A stretch of 63,841 bases of DNA, counting the filler, from Choristocarpus tenellus KU-1152 (taxonomy: Eukaryota; Protista; Phaeophyceae): assembly GCA_964200185.2 (NCBI GenBank). It is 7 parts of 7 records of this genome, joined end to end, with 100 filler letters (N's around TTAATTAATTAA, not from the genome) between each part and the next. Parts side by side here need not be neighbours in the genome. Positions count along the whole stretch, not along the records: positions 24,201 to 31,081 come from CAXNAD020007151.1; positions 31,182 to 59,419 come from CAXNAD020000129.1; 5 more parts are not named here. The stretch is one strand, 5' to 3'. Below are positions 25,471 to 38,712 of the stretch, in pieces (the first letter of the stretch is position 1; the number at the start of each line of letters is the position of its first letter). The translations under genes were made by a program, and so were the position numbers. Below the pieces are notes generated by a model. The model saw only the letters and a program-made list of their open reading frames with translations, did no database searches and had not been told where the DNA came from.

Positions 25471-27449
25471 TGCAAATAAATAGCTTGCAATATGAGATGC
25501 TGGGACTAAGCACACAACAAACAGTTGTTATGAGGGAGACCCAGGAAAGAAAGAAAGAGGGCGTTCGCCCTCTACAAGTCTGAGGCACAGATATATACAA
25601 GCACAGCAGCACGAACAGAGCACGGGTCACACTCCCATGTCGGTCCCTTCTCTCCACCACCTCAAACCACAGACATTTTTCACATATTTAATGGGTCGAT
25701 GAGGGGTAAATACTTAACTCCATACACCCCCACACAGACCTCGAACAACAACCTTACCTACTCTACTTTGATGGCAGGACATAGGTCACAAAAGTGGATT
25801 TTTCGGTACAATTGCCTGTAACAATCCCACTTTCTCCTATGTGGCATCGGAGAGGAACCTCATCATACTGGGAACAGTGAGTGCAAACAGAGGGGCAAAT
25901 AGTGCCACACTGCTAACGAACATCAGTTGCCGTAGGTTCGAGGTGTGAACCAAATCCAACATCCCTGAGACATATTAATCTGCCCACATAGATGTAGCCA
26001 ACAAAAAATACCCTTCAACTCTCCTTCTTTGTAAATGTGAAGAGATTGCACACGTCACTGTTGTGCAATATACCATACAAAAGCAACCATACCTACCCAA
26101 GCTAGCCAGCGAGCCAAGGGCACTGATCTCATTTGAAGGTCCAAACTATCGCTGGTCTAAATCACAAGTGCAAAAATACTCGCACAGTACTCCTTCCCTC
26201 CCCAAAAAGTTGTTCCTCGACCCTCGACCAATTTATCAAAAATGTTTTTGCTGCAAAAAAAAAAACGGTACTCCATTCTTCCCCCCAAAAGGTGTTCCTC
26301 AACTAGGGACAAGCCTACGGAATTAGAGGGTAAATATTGAAAATTGAACTAACTTAAGCGTTTTGTATACTTGCAAAAATGGATATTCTGACATGAGTTG
26401 AGTGAGGGTGCAAGGTGGTCATCGGCTCCATTGTGTTTTCGCAGCCCGAGAGGACCTTTCATTTGGCTCAATACACCAACCATAGCGTCACTTTCAAGGC
26501 CAAGAAGAAGACCTTCCTAATTACACCTACACGTATTTTACCTTAAACAAGGCCGGACACTTAGCAGGCTCAAGGGACACACGGCAGATACAAGGTGAAT
26601 TTTACGTGAAGCGTGTGTTGGAAGGGTAAGAGAGTAAACGAGGAGATTAGGCTGTGAGGCATGACATGGGCGACTGACAACAGTAGCCCTCCTGTTTAAC
26701 CGATAGATATAAAATACCTCACACTGGGATAGAAGGATACATTGATGAGGTAAGAGAGGTACCCAGTATTTCGTCGTTTTGCATTATGAGTCAATTTTTT
26801 AATCTTTTGCAATTCACCCGTATTTCTACGGATGAGGTTCAAAATTTGACTGGAGAGGGTCAATTTCTCTATTCTTTGAAAATTTCGACACATTGGACAA
26901 TATTTTTATTATTATGCCCTCTGACATTTTGAATATGTGTCGGGGAAATATTTTCATTATAAGCCCTAAAGAAATAAAATATCATAAATGTGAAAGACAC
27001 TACTAATCTATTTGTTACTTCACCAATATCTATGTTGTACTACTGCCTTCCTGTGTCTCCAATCTACCTACTCCAGCAACCCGGAGGGAGGAGCTAGGGA
27101 GGCATCCTAAGAATCCAATAAACCCCTCCGTGTCCATCTTCCTGGTGATTCCAGGTTAAAACGCATGACACGTCTAGACAGTGCCACTTGCGTAGTTACC
27201 GAGATAATTTGGCGTAGTCAGGGATTTAACTACTCCTTTCCTCCTATAACATCCTATGCGCATGTATTTGTAAAAAAAAGTCGAATTTGCACATATTTGT
27301 GAACACCTTGAAATAGATGTCTCCGTACCTCTCGTTAACTTCGACTCTTATTTTTCTCGTAAACAAAGAAATATATATTTCATAGTAAGGTAAGAAGGAA
27401 AAGATAAAGGCAGAAGTGTAAGACTCGTGACGTTATTTCGAGCACTAAG

Positions 27450-28800
27450 CAGTGGATATCAACACATCAGGATCACAATCCTCGATGCACATCTCCTCCT
27501 CTTCCAAACTCTCAAATCCACATAGCTGCCCCTTGAGGATATCCATGAACATAGCATGCGCAATCTCGTTTTCTTGGTCTGTCTTGCCTTCAGGATGAAG
27601 GTAATGAATGCGCTTGTACAAACAATATCCATAATCCCTTGAAACAACTTGATGCACCACTTGTTCGATTCGTGTGCTCAAGCAGGACTCACCATAGAAT
27701 TTGGAAGTCGCGATCATCGACACCATACGTAACCTCCTGGTACCTGCCAACATCACCAGGCGCTTCAACAATAAGACTGGTGTGCCATTCTTCTGCCAGC
27801 TCCATATGCTTCCCAGTTGGCCTCCCCCTGCTATGGACAGGAAATGGACAGCTTAGTTGTCCATCCGCCTCATACCAAGAATGTTCTGATCCTTGTTACA
27901 TGCTTTTCTTGTACTACGTAGTAGTTCCATTGGCGACATTCTCCTTCCCTATGATGCTGACCAAGTCCTTCAGAGCACTAAGCAGATCCAGAGACATGTA
28001 CAAGTTGTTGAGGTGGATTATCCTCTAGCATTTTGGGTCATTCGCCAAGTCAGTGATGTTGCGAAAGACAGAGTCTGTAGAGAGCTTACGGTTTTTCTTT
28101 GTTATTTCTCCCATCTGTCTATGGAAGTCTTTGTCTGCGTTTGCCCCCATCTAACCAATGTGAAAGACACTACTAATCTATTTGTTGCTTTGACTTTGTG
28201 GCTTGAGATTGTGTGCTGGAATGTCGGCATTGATCTCAATCCCAAAAGCAATTTACAGAGGGTTGATTCCGTGCAATGTTAATGTGCAGGGTGAGGCTAC
28301 ACCTATTTCAAACATTTCTTGGAGAATTGTCCACACTCATGATTCCAACCCTAACCCTACCTTATCCATGTTGAAGGATTTGCATATATTCCTCCTGCTT
28401 CAACAGCAAATGCCGCCCTGGTCAAAGCTGAACTCCTGACCCATCGTGACTGCAGCCTTTGCTTTTGCATTGACAGAATCTATTAACTTCTTCGACTGTT
28501 AGCATTTATCAGAAGAACTTTGAGGCTTGGAAACATTCCTTGCTAAGTGCAACGCAGCACAAATCTGTTCCAAACAATGCTCGGACACAATACTCTCTCG
28601 CCTGTGCCTCCAGCAAACTCCACTATTTTTTTTGTTCGACAAATCCGAATAAATCTCACTATCGTATTTCTCCCAACCAGACCACATATGGCACACGCCA
28701 TCAAGTTGCTCCCCGTGCATGACTCACTACAATTCCAGAGCCATGTACCGCATGAATTCTGCAAATGTTACGTCCTTCCACATTCCTCCTCTAAAGTATT
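27450..28800 (-). pseudogene. piggyBac-type DDD transposase pseudogene
   Basis: Motifs in correct order across frames: LEQICAALHL..DK..KLIDSVN..GQEFSFDQGGI..NMDK; RIIHLNNLYMSLDL; VEAPGDVGRYQEVTYGVDDRD; KWCIKLFQGIMDIVCTSAFI. Confidence 0.85.
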
Positions 28801-30249
28801 TCCACCCGCCCTTGCTCTTTCCTCCGTATGCGTTGGTCTTCATGACGATATGGAATACTTCCTCACGTATTAATCTTACTATGACAACAGATAGAGGATA
28901 GTCAGTGCGATTTGATGCATAGATGTGCAGAGTAAACTTGTATGGGTACATACACTCTACGTAGATGACGAGAAAATTGATGTCTTTTTCGAGAATGGTT
29001 TATTAGGAATTTGAAAGAAAAAAATATCATTACAGTTATTAGTCGCGACAATCTATTGGTAATCTTGCCCCTCGAAGAACAAAGTTTTTGTGTTGCATGG
29101 AGGATCCATCACACATATTTTCCTCTGGATCATTGTGGTCTAGCGTAATAGAAAAATAATTTTGATTTTGAACACTATCGCCGACCATTGTTTGTCAAAA
29201 ATATATTTAACGTAAATAAACGTGGGTTGGTAGTACAGAGATTGAAAACCTTCTTTTCTTCAATTTTGTCGTCTTGTAATTATAAACCAGACGTTCTATA
29301 GTGCTACAGTTGTTTGGAACTATGGGGAGACGGAAAAATCAATTGATGTACTTGAAGAGCCAATACATATCAAGATCAACATATTTTATTCTGGAGAAAC
29401 TCAATAGAGTCAGTACATGTGCCGCTCTTGATTTGTTTTGATTACTTGGAAACATGTAGATGAAATGATCGTCTGTCCCAACCTCAATAATATAACACAT
29501 TGGCAATGAACTCTTCTTCCCATTTCTTGTTTGTGCAATAATTGCGTGAAAAAATTGAACCCGGTCCTGTATTTCATCACTCCGTCAGGTATGGTTGCCT
29601 ACAGCATTCCAACACTCAAACAATTATTTGTCTGTTACGCCTGCCTCATAATAAGACTGATGTACCACAATGGCCTTGAAGAAAACGTGTGTGATGGGTC
29701 CTCCATGTAACACAAGAATTGTCTGTCCTAGTGTTGATTACCCATCAAGGGTGGCAACTCAAAAACTGTAAGGTACACTTTCCTGTCAAATTCCTAGTAG
29801 TTCATTCTCAAAAGAGTATTCTCGATTTTTCCCCATACGCTGTTCTTGATTTTTACACAATGTGAGACTCTGGGATCTATGTCATTCATTCGTTGCTCAA
29901 CAGCCACCCCCCGCGAGCTCTCCAAGCTATCCGACCATCTCCGAAGCGCTCTTGCCACCNNNNNNNNNNATCTATGTCATTCATTCGTTGCTCAACAGCC
30001 ACCCCCCACCCCTGGTAGTGGACGCTACTCCATCTTCCACACAACTCTCACTACTGTCCAAACCCTGCCATACAATGATACGATCCTTCAACATCATACT
30101 CACTCAAGTCAAAATTGTCATCTGACAGGGGTGTCTCCATTGCCAATATCACATCACAGCCTGACATCATCATTATTGGTGAGGGGAGTATCTGGAGGTG
30201 ATCCAACTTTGGTCCTAGGATGAACACGCACATTCAAAATAATCTCCCT

Positions 30250-30925
30250 TTAAAGGTGCAAACATGGCTACCCATCCTCGAAGTCTCCTCTGGCGGCAAT
30301 GTCAGCTTGAACAAAACACACAGTTTTGTTGATCACATCTTGTCAGCAGTCGAACAGCTACATCCTGGAGTGGTTACTCCATCTGAGGATAGTATCTGAA
30401 AGTGTCACTCCAGAGATATAAAATGATGGAGAGTTACATGATCTGCAACTACAGTAAAACGCTATCCCAAAAGACCAAATCTCCAGTTCGAATGACTGTG
30501 TGCAGAAAAACATGCACTCAAGAAACTGTAGATAGTAATCCCAGGAAGCAGAACATGCTATGAGATCATCCACATAACAGAGAAGTCCTCAAGTGGTACC
30601 AAAATCTGACAAGGCGAGGGACATCATGCATTGAAAGAAATAAGGTGCAGTGGCAACGCCAAGATGTATTCACTTTAAGTCAATTTTCTCCCAATGAGTG
30701 ACAATAGCTGTCTTTTCAATCTCACCAGGAGACACTGGAAGCTTGTGGTATGCAGATTGAATGTCTGCTACTGTTGCGAAATCCGCACCTCCAATTTAGT
30801 CCAGATATACCTTGGCACATGGCATAAGCCATGTCTTCCTATTAAGATGTCCCTTCATAGTGACACGTAACCCATATAGAATCTCAGAGTGCCGTCCTTC
30901 TTGATGGTAGTGGAAACAGGGGGAT
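30250..30925 (-). mobile_element. Ty3/Gypsy reverse transcriptase fragment, degenerate
   Basis: KDGTLR, ADIQSAYHKLPV..EKTAIVT, GVATAP..FQCMM, LCYVDDLIACSASW. Confidence 0.8.
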
Positions 30926-31395
30926 GCCAAGCCCTAAGTTTTTGAATAATGCCATCCAAATTTACTACACACTCGTGAACGAGTTATTAGAAAAAGAACG
31001 ATTTCATGATAAGGAAAAAAAAAAAAACACAACCCACCACAAAAAACAAAAACAAAAAACAAAAAAAAACAAAAAACAAAANNNNNNNNNNNNNNNNNNN
31101 NNNNNNNNNNNNNNNNNNNNNNNNNTTAATTAATTAANNNNNNNNNNNNNNNNNNNNNNNNNNNNNNNNNNNNNNNNNNNNAAAAAATGGGGAGAAATAT
31201 GGGGGGGGGGGGGGGTGGGGGGGGGGGAGGGGGGAAGCAGAAAAACGTCCTTAAGACTCACCGTCTAACCCTTAACCCTCACCGAGCCACACACTAAACG
31301 GAAAATAGTGAAAAAAAAGAAGCCCAGTGAGCTGATACACAATCCGTCGATGCTGAGTTACTCTTTTTCCCTTTCCCCCTTGCCTTGCCACACAC

Positions 31396-33706
31396 CTATT
31401 CTTCTGCGAGCCACCATCCCCAACAACAATCGGTCCTGCGTTCACCACTGAACGACTCTGAGACCGGAATGTCACCAGGCTATCAGATGGTCTGCGGTAG
31501 ATTTGGGACCCCCCCACCGATCAAGAAGAGGGGAGGGAGGGGCGCAGGGTTTTCGGGCGAGAGAGTTGTCGAGGTAATTCAGAAGGAGGTGGTTGGTGTT
31601 GAGGGAGGAAGTGTGGTTCGCTATTTTTTTTTTGTTCTCTTCTACCAAAAAAAAAAGACGTAAAGATGAGACAGGTCCTTGTGACTATGCACTTTTTTTT
31701 TCTGTTCCACTGCTTGAGACCTGCTTACTCGCAAGGCGTTTGTTCTTGAAAAACTCGATCGAGCTCTGTGAAGAAGCTTGTTTCTTGAGAAAAAAGGATG
31801 ATCGGATAATGCTCTGAGGAGAGTCTTGTTTCTTGAGGAAGGAGGTAGAGCTAACTGGTGAACACGACTCTGCTACTTTGTATTTTGTAGGGTTAGGTAC
31901 CATGAACACAAAAGGCAACAGAAGAGGACATCAATGCAAGAACCTTAGTGTCTCGTCCCCTTCGTTGTCTTGCTCCTGAGTTAGTGTCTACCTGAAACCA
32001 AAGCTGTGTGTGACTTGCTGGCAATCCGGTGTGTATCTCACTTATTACATTCGGTGACAATTTACAGGAAACCGGTTTGTATGGCTATACTGGACAGAAA
32101 AACGGTTCAATCTACTCCGGCAGTCAACGCGTCACATGTTAGGTATTTATCTTTTGGTGAGGGGAACACGGACTCTTCTATCTTGTCCCATCGTAAGTGT
32201 CAGCATCCGTCTCACACATGTATGGTTCAGTCAGTCATGAATGTTGGGCAACTGGAGTGTAGATTCTATGCATGAGAATGCAGTGGGATGGTCTATGGTT
32301 CAATGTGTCGCTTTTCTGGGAGGGAACAGAGGGAACAGGAGATTGTTCCAGCGCACAAATCCGTCCCATCCATTCTCCTTGAGATCTCTTTCACGAAGCA
32401 ACATCAAACTTCCTGTTCTAAAATGTGTGCAGCTGCTTGGCAGTGTATTATGCAATGCTAAGCAAGGTTCAGCAACAACACACACTGTATCTCCTGCCCA
32501 TTCTCCTACAAAAAACGTCACCGAACGGATGTTGGGATCTCATCCACAAAGGTTACATACCAGGTGAACAGGTGCAGTAATTCCCTATATAGTCTCCACA
32601 ACTCGATAGGAAGAGTTCAAACTTCTTTTATTGAAATAGGTTTACACCTGAGCAAGAACTCCAAGATATCCAAGCCATCTGGAGGGACAGCTGAGGGGCC
32701 GCTAGCCTTAAGGTACAGACCCTCATCATCCACTTCCAGCACCTTCAGTTGAGGGTCCGCCTTTACAGTGGCTGCCTGGTGTGTTGCAAAAAAAAGAAAT
32801 ATTAGGGAGAAAATACAAAAAAGTCACCTGTGGTCTTCTCCATGTGTAATCTGTAACAATAACAAGAGGTGGAACTGGAACAGGTTTTCTACTTCAGTGG
32901 ATTGTCTTTTGAGTGTGTATTGTCGACATGATACCCAAGGCAAAAACATTTTGCACGCAATGGGGTTTGAGAGAATATGTAGATGCAGCTCACTTGTAGC
33001 TCAACCTTTGTCATCCATTCGAAAGTTGTACAGGGTTGTTGGCAGTCAAGGTGAAAACTAACTTAGAGATCGGCAGGACTGAAAGGAGCTACCTGCTCAC
33101 CAGTTTGTTGAAGGCTTCTTTTGCGTCAGCGGTATCCTCTTTGAACGACCAGGGGGCTCTGTACTTGCCGATGCTGACCTGAATGAGAATTAGAAAAGTG
33201 AGTATGAACTAGGTTGGCAGGACACACGTAGGAAGGTGTTTGTATAAAACAGGTTTCGAGATATTCCCGACACCTCACTTTTGTGTTCCTGTTTGGAACG
33301 TACATCTGTTGCACAAGCTTGGCGAGTTCCAAATTTTTAGTTGGGACATAACCAAGGTGGGGCATACTCGATCATGGGCGAGGACACTTGGTCATTTTGG
33401 AAGGGAGGTGACTCTATAACCGGAGTGCTCTGCAGGCGAGATAGGGCTTTGGCATGCCCTATGTTCATCCTTTACCTGTTTAAATGACGCGGTGCTGAGG
33501 CAGTTGCCTTCATTCGGGCATGCGGAGATGGTGTTTGGTGCTTCCGCCCTGGTCATTGACGCGCAAGCCGCTGACCCCACCAATGCCGTTACTGCCGAAC
33601 GAAGAGCATCCCCACGAGATAATGGGCTTGAGGGCTGCCGAAGGTTGTAGGGGTGCCAGAAAACAGAGGAAATATCATTTTGGCCGAATTGCAGAAGTAG
33701 TACCAT
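31396..33706 (-). CDS. DUF1499-like protein (probably plastid-targeted), partial; exons ~33706-33476, 33178-33101, 32775-32648, 31491-31396; start uncertain, 3' end at contig break
   Basis: Spliced product ..SACPNEGNCLSTASFKQ-VSIGKYRAPWSF..-..YLKA..DILEFLLR-PSDSLVTFRS..GDGGSQKNR fits the CP..NC.ST / PW / D..EF / FRS / D.G.N..R pattern. Confidence 0.72.
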
Positions 33707-34028
33707 GGTCTGTGTGAGGGGTGAGCGACGAGCAGCATTGGGTAGTGAAGCATCACACCTCGGTTGACATGATGATGCGACAACGCGGCAAGGCCACACA
33801 CTTAGCCCCAGACACCCCATTCCATCCTCCTAGAAATCCGCTAACTCTCCCGAAGAGGTGGACCAACACAGCCAAAGGCAAACCACATGACTTCATGATG
33901 GGATGACAAGTTACTGATGTTCTTGTCATGTTTAACATGTGTGCTGGCGTTTTGAATGGTCTGGGGAAGGCATGTTTCATGTCAAATTTAGGTGTTGACT
34001 ACAACACAGGTTCATCGCAGACCGGGAC

Positions 34029-37000
34029 ATGGTTATGCGACACACCATGGGAGCGGTTAGACCATCTCGTGGAACAATGAGGTGCATGGCCGCATCTTTA
34101 TTGTTGTCGGGTGCACGCACCTTGGCCTTCAAGTCTCCGATTACCATATGGGGGGTCAAGGGTGAGATTTCCTGTCTTGCACCTGCTAAACCCTCGTCTG
34201 GTCTTGAGAGGCCTACCATTCATAAACGATATTTCCTTGAACGCCCTTCTCTCTGCTACCAGTTGCCCATCGGGCCCCGAGCTTGCCCGGAGGTAGCATG
34301 AGGCGCGATTGCCACACAAACGTGCCGCTGTCCATGAAGCTTAAGACAGGCATCGTTGGCCTACCAAATGTTGGAAAGAGCACACTCTTCAACGCCGTAA
34401 CGGAGCAGCAGAGTGCCATGTGTGCCAACTATCCCTTCGCTACGATAGAACCCAATGTGGGTGTCGTCGCTGTACCTGACGCTCGGTAAGAGAAGAGAGA
34501 GTGGTTGGCGACATAGTCAAGGTGCCATACATGGGATCAGAGTCAAACCCGTAGGAAGAGCTCGACCGTTCCACGGTCACAGCTAGAATCTTCAGCAGTA
34601 TATGTGTACCCAGCTTGGCTGAGTTAAAGTGCAGGAATGCCAAAGTGTATGTTGTGTTGCCTAATCTCATTCAATATCCCAACCCTCCTGGGCAGGCTAA
34701 ATGTCCTACGGGACATCAACAATTCTGTTAAAGTCATTCCTAGCACCCTCGACTTTTACGACATCGCGGGGCTTGTCAAGGTATGTTTGTTGGTGCTTGG
34801 ACCGTTTTCCATGCGGTAAATGGAGATCTCGAGCGCGGAATGCTCCATATTTTCATAAGATGTTCTCCCCCACTTATCTTAAGCCACGTGCATTCTTGCA
34901 CGGGCTTGCGCTATGGAAGCTAACACGAACCTTCATGGGTGAACTGACCCTCCCTTGATTACAGGGTTTCTAATTCACACCTAAACCCTGACACAGACCT
35001 CCTTCCATCTGCCATTTGCATATTATTATACGCTAACTTCCTAGGGGGCGAGCAAGGGCGAAGGCCTGGGTAACCAGTTCCTAGCGAACATCAGGGAGTG
35101 CGATGCTATAGTGCATGGTAAGGGGAAAAGATGGACATGAGAGTGAGGATTAAGGGGAGTTACACATAAAATTGCTGTCATGGTGCATGCTCTCATAATG
35201 CAGGAAGATGGATAATTCAGACTGGTACAAGAACTCTCCAGGAGAACTGATATCTGGTTCATCTATATGCCTGCCTCCCCATTTCCTCCATCCAACCCCA
35301 TCAGTTTGATTTTGATATCCTCTGTAGCTTTGTTCGGGTATAAACAAAAATTGACCTCTCTCACCATCAATGTCCTGTAAAACTACACGACAAGTGGTTC
35401 GATGCTTTGAGGATTCTGATATCATCCATGTCGAGGGCAGTGTGGATCCTGTTCGTGACATTGAGACAATCAACATTGAATTGGCCCTCGCAGATTTGGC
35501 ACAGGTGTGAATAATAGTGGTTAATTCAGCCTCAGAAATGTGACATCATTTCATTTTTATAGGTAGCGTCCTTACAAGAAGTGCAGGTTGTCAGCATTTT
35601 GTGACTTGTCAGAGCTGATGCTCGAAGAACGTTGTACTGGTAGAGGAGTGAAACCGGTCTGGGATTGTTGTGTGTGTCTCATTTGTTTTGGAGTGATCCT
35701 CTATGGCAGAATGAGATGGTGTCCTAGCACTCGTGAGATGCAATAAGGGATACGATGTTTTTCAAACGTTCTATCTATCACTTTCACAACTCCTGCGACC
35801 CCGTTCCTCGTAAGGTTGAAAAACGATTGCAGAAGGCGTCCAAGGATAAGAAGGCCACGGCTCAAGAGAAGTCGGGCCTTGCCAAGCTCCTCAAGGCCCT
35901 AGAGAACGGTGAGTCCAGCTGCTCACTTTTCCCTCCCCTCCTTCTTGCCCATCATTCCGTGCAATATTGTTGAGCCTGTGAGCCCCCATGCCTGCCTCCT
36001 TGTCCCACACATTCTGGAACATATCACACCGCCGGTAACTGCTGCTGCTGACCCTCACCCTCACACTAGGAGATCCTGTTCGTTCAGTAGAGCTGACTGA
36101 TGAGGAAGCGGTGGCGACTGCAACGCTGGGGCTCCTGACAGCCAAGAAGGTAATCTACGCAGCAAACGTTGCTGACACCGATCTGGCTAGTGGCAACGCC
36201 TTTGTGGATAGTGTGAGGTGAGTGGGGGTTGTGCGCAGCATTGCTCTCGGGTCTTGGAATTTTGTGTGTGGCAAGTCAGCAGGTTCATTTTAGCACTCCA
36301 ATCTATGAGGGCTTTTTCAGAGTCAAAGGTAGGTGAATTGAATTTAGGGTATTTGGTACACAGGAGGTGACTTCAGACTGGATTTTTTTTTCTCTAGTGT
36401 TGCTGTTAGGTGTGGAGCTGCCTCCCCCAAAGCATTACCTTCACCAGCAGTATTATCCGCCTGTCCCCCCTCTATCCACGTGTCTTGTGCTTGCGTTCTT
36501 GCTATGTTGATGTGGCCCTGGCTGTAAGGGATCATGTGGTAGATGAGGGGGCGGCAGTGGTTGTGGTGTCAGCTCAGGTGGAATCTGAGTTGGTGGAGCT
36601 TGGGGGGGATGATCGACAAGAATTCCTGGAGTCATTAGGTGAGATATGATCTCTGCATGTTGCATTTAGTAGGAGTCCAGCACGCCATGAGCTGCAAGCA
36701 AGCATATCACTAGGGGGATACTGTGCAGTAGTTGCTAGTGTTAATAGTAGTAGTAGACATTTATATTACAATGTTGATTTTGTGTAGAACTCTATGTGGA
36801 AGAAAGCAGTGCACTTTATTACACTATTTTCGTGACCTCAGCGCTGCGTATGTTCCTGCGTCTAAATTGTGAGAGATGTTTCGTGTACAAATTGGGGCTG
36901 GGATTGCTAATCCTTTGAAGTATTATTTTGTCTGCTGCAAGTGGTTGGAACAAGGACGATGGAAACTTGAGGGTGGGGAAGGATGCCTTCAAGGAGGATG

Positions 37001-38712
37001 CGTCTCTGTATCATTTGGAAGCTACATATATGGAGGATGGTTATGGGTACCAGAGTTCAACATTTTTTTTTCACCTGGGATGTTCATGGTCAGGGACTGC
37101 GTGCCGGTGTCCTTGCCAAAGCAAGTGGGCAAAATCAATTTGCTCTTTCATTTTCTGTCACTCTGTTTATTATCCCAAACAACAAAAGTGCTATTCGGGT
37201 CCATTTTCTTGTTTCTTTTTTTTTTAATGTGTGCCTGGCTGTTGTCATAGCGCTTCCATCGTCTGTGATTAAGACATTAAAATGAGACCAGTTTGAACCG
37301 GCGTTCCAGAAAAAATGAGCGTTCGACACTATTTGCTATTCTATGCTCACCCTTTTTCCCGGGCAGTGCCAGATGGAACCCGTCACCCCTATGTGACCCT
37401 GTTATCTTGGTGTGCTTTCCTTGGTATTTGTGGCTCTTCACTTCTGAAATTGTGATCCTTGCTGCGCTCGATAGGTGTGACGGAGGAGACAAGTGGCCTC
37501 CGAGCGCTGGTCTCGTCTGCCTACGATGTCTTGGGTCTGCAGACTTACTTCACCTCAGGGGAGACAGAGACTAAGGCTTGGACAATTCGCAAGGGCTGGA
37601 CTGCCCCACAGGCAGCAGGGGTGATACACAGTGACTTTGAGAGGTGAGGGAAGAGAGGTGCAATAATTGGAAATATGTGTCCTTTGTGAGTGGGAGCAGT
37701 AATTTGTTGTTTGTTGACTGGATTGGGAAAACAAGGTTGGACATGCTCTTCTACTCTTGTACTGTTGTTCATTTAACACAGCAAATAGGGTGACTTTGAT
37801 ATGATCTATTTCTACACAGATCGATTCTGTGTTTATTGCCCTTCCAACGATTTGTGAAAGGAACGTTGGACTTGTTGAGATGGTGATGTAGATGGCAATG
37901 TACAAAACATCTCGCTGTTGTGAATTCTTGTAGCTATTAGTGCTCTGGGGTAATACCTCTTGAATTGCGTTCAATGCCTTTAGTTGTACTCTGTATTGAC
38001 AAGTGCACTTGGGTTTTCCTCTGTACTGTGCCAGCACGACTGGCTCTCAGTACCTACCCATCATCATTATCTACCCTGTGCTGTCCGTGATTGTTGCACC
38101 AAGGCCCTATCCTTATCATATGGTTTTGTGCTTATGTCCAGTGCATTCGTGGTCATACAAGATAATCAGGCATGGTTGTCAATTCAACCTGTTGCAAAAT
38201 GTTAGCAGCAGAGATGACTCCTCTCTGGTTTCTAAATTGGATTGAATGATTGGAATTGTGCCTGCAGAAGCTATGGTTCGGATGGCTTGGCGGAAGGGCA
38301 GTGCACCACATGCTGAGTTCCAATCGGGTGTGCAAAGAGGTTTGCATGCTTATGTGGGGGAAGGATCACCCCCAAACCTATTCCCTATTTGTGGCAGATT
38401 GTTACACCATTGTGATGTAGGTGTAATTGAACCCCCTATCTGTGTGTACCACTTCACATCGCTCCTCTCACCTGTATGACTGGTGTACCTCACCTTAAAC
38501 CATGTTCCTACCAATACTATTTTGTTCCTACAATTGCCCATTGCCTCTAATAAAAATCCAGGGGTTTCATCCGAGCAGAGGCAATAGGATACGAGGCACT
38601 GGTGGATTGTGGCAGTGAAAAGGCGGCAAAGGAAAAAGGCCTTCTGCGCAGTGAGGGCAAGGAATATGTAGTCCAGGAGGGAGATGTCCTCCATTTCCGC
38701 TTTAATGTTTGA
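34029..38712 (+). CDS. ychF: YchF/OLA1 Obg-family ATPase, complete, with N-terminal targeting extension; exons 34029-34161, 34263-34485, 34696-34780, 35045-35117, 35395-35504, 35815-35908, 36070-36217, 36529-36638, 37475-37643, 38562-38712
   Basis: [93 protein letters not shown]. All nine introns are GT-AG and phase-consistent. Start codon could be 34029 or a downstream ATG. Confidence 0.96.

Noticed and set aside
29876-30010. Direct repeat around 29960
   Set aside because: The duplicate flanks a 10-N gap, so it is probably a scaffolding overlap. The same applies at 50992-51117.
19739-38712. fabF + DUF1499 + ychF as a plastid gene cluster
   Set aside because: fabF is on a different contig, so the linkage is artificial.
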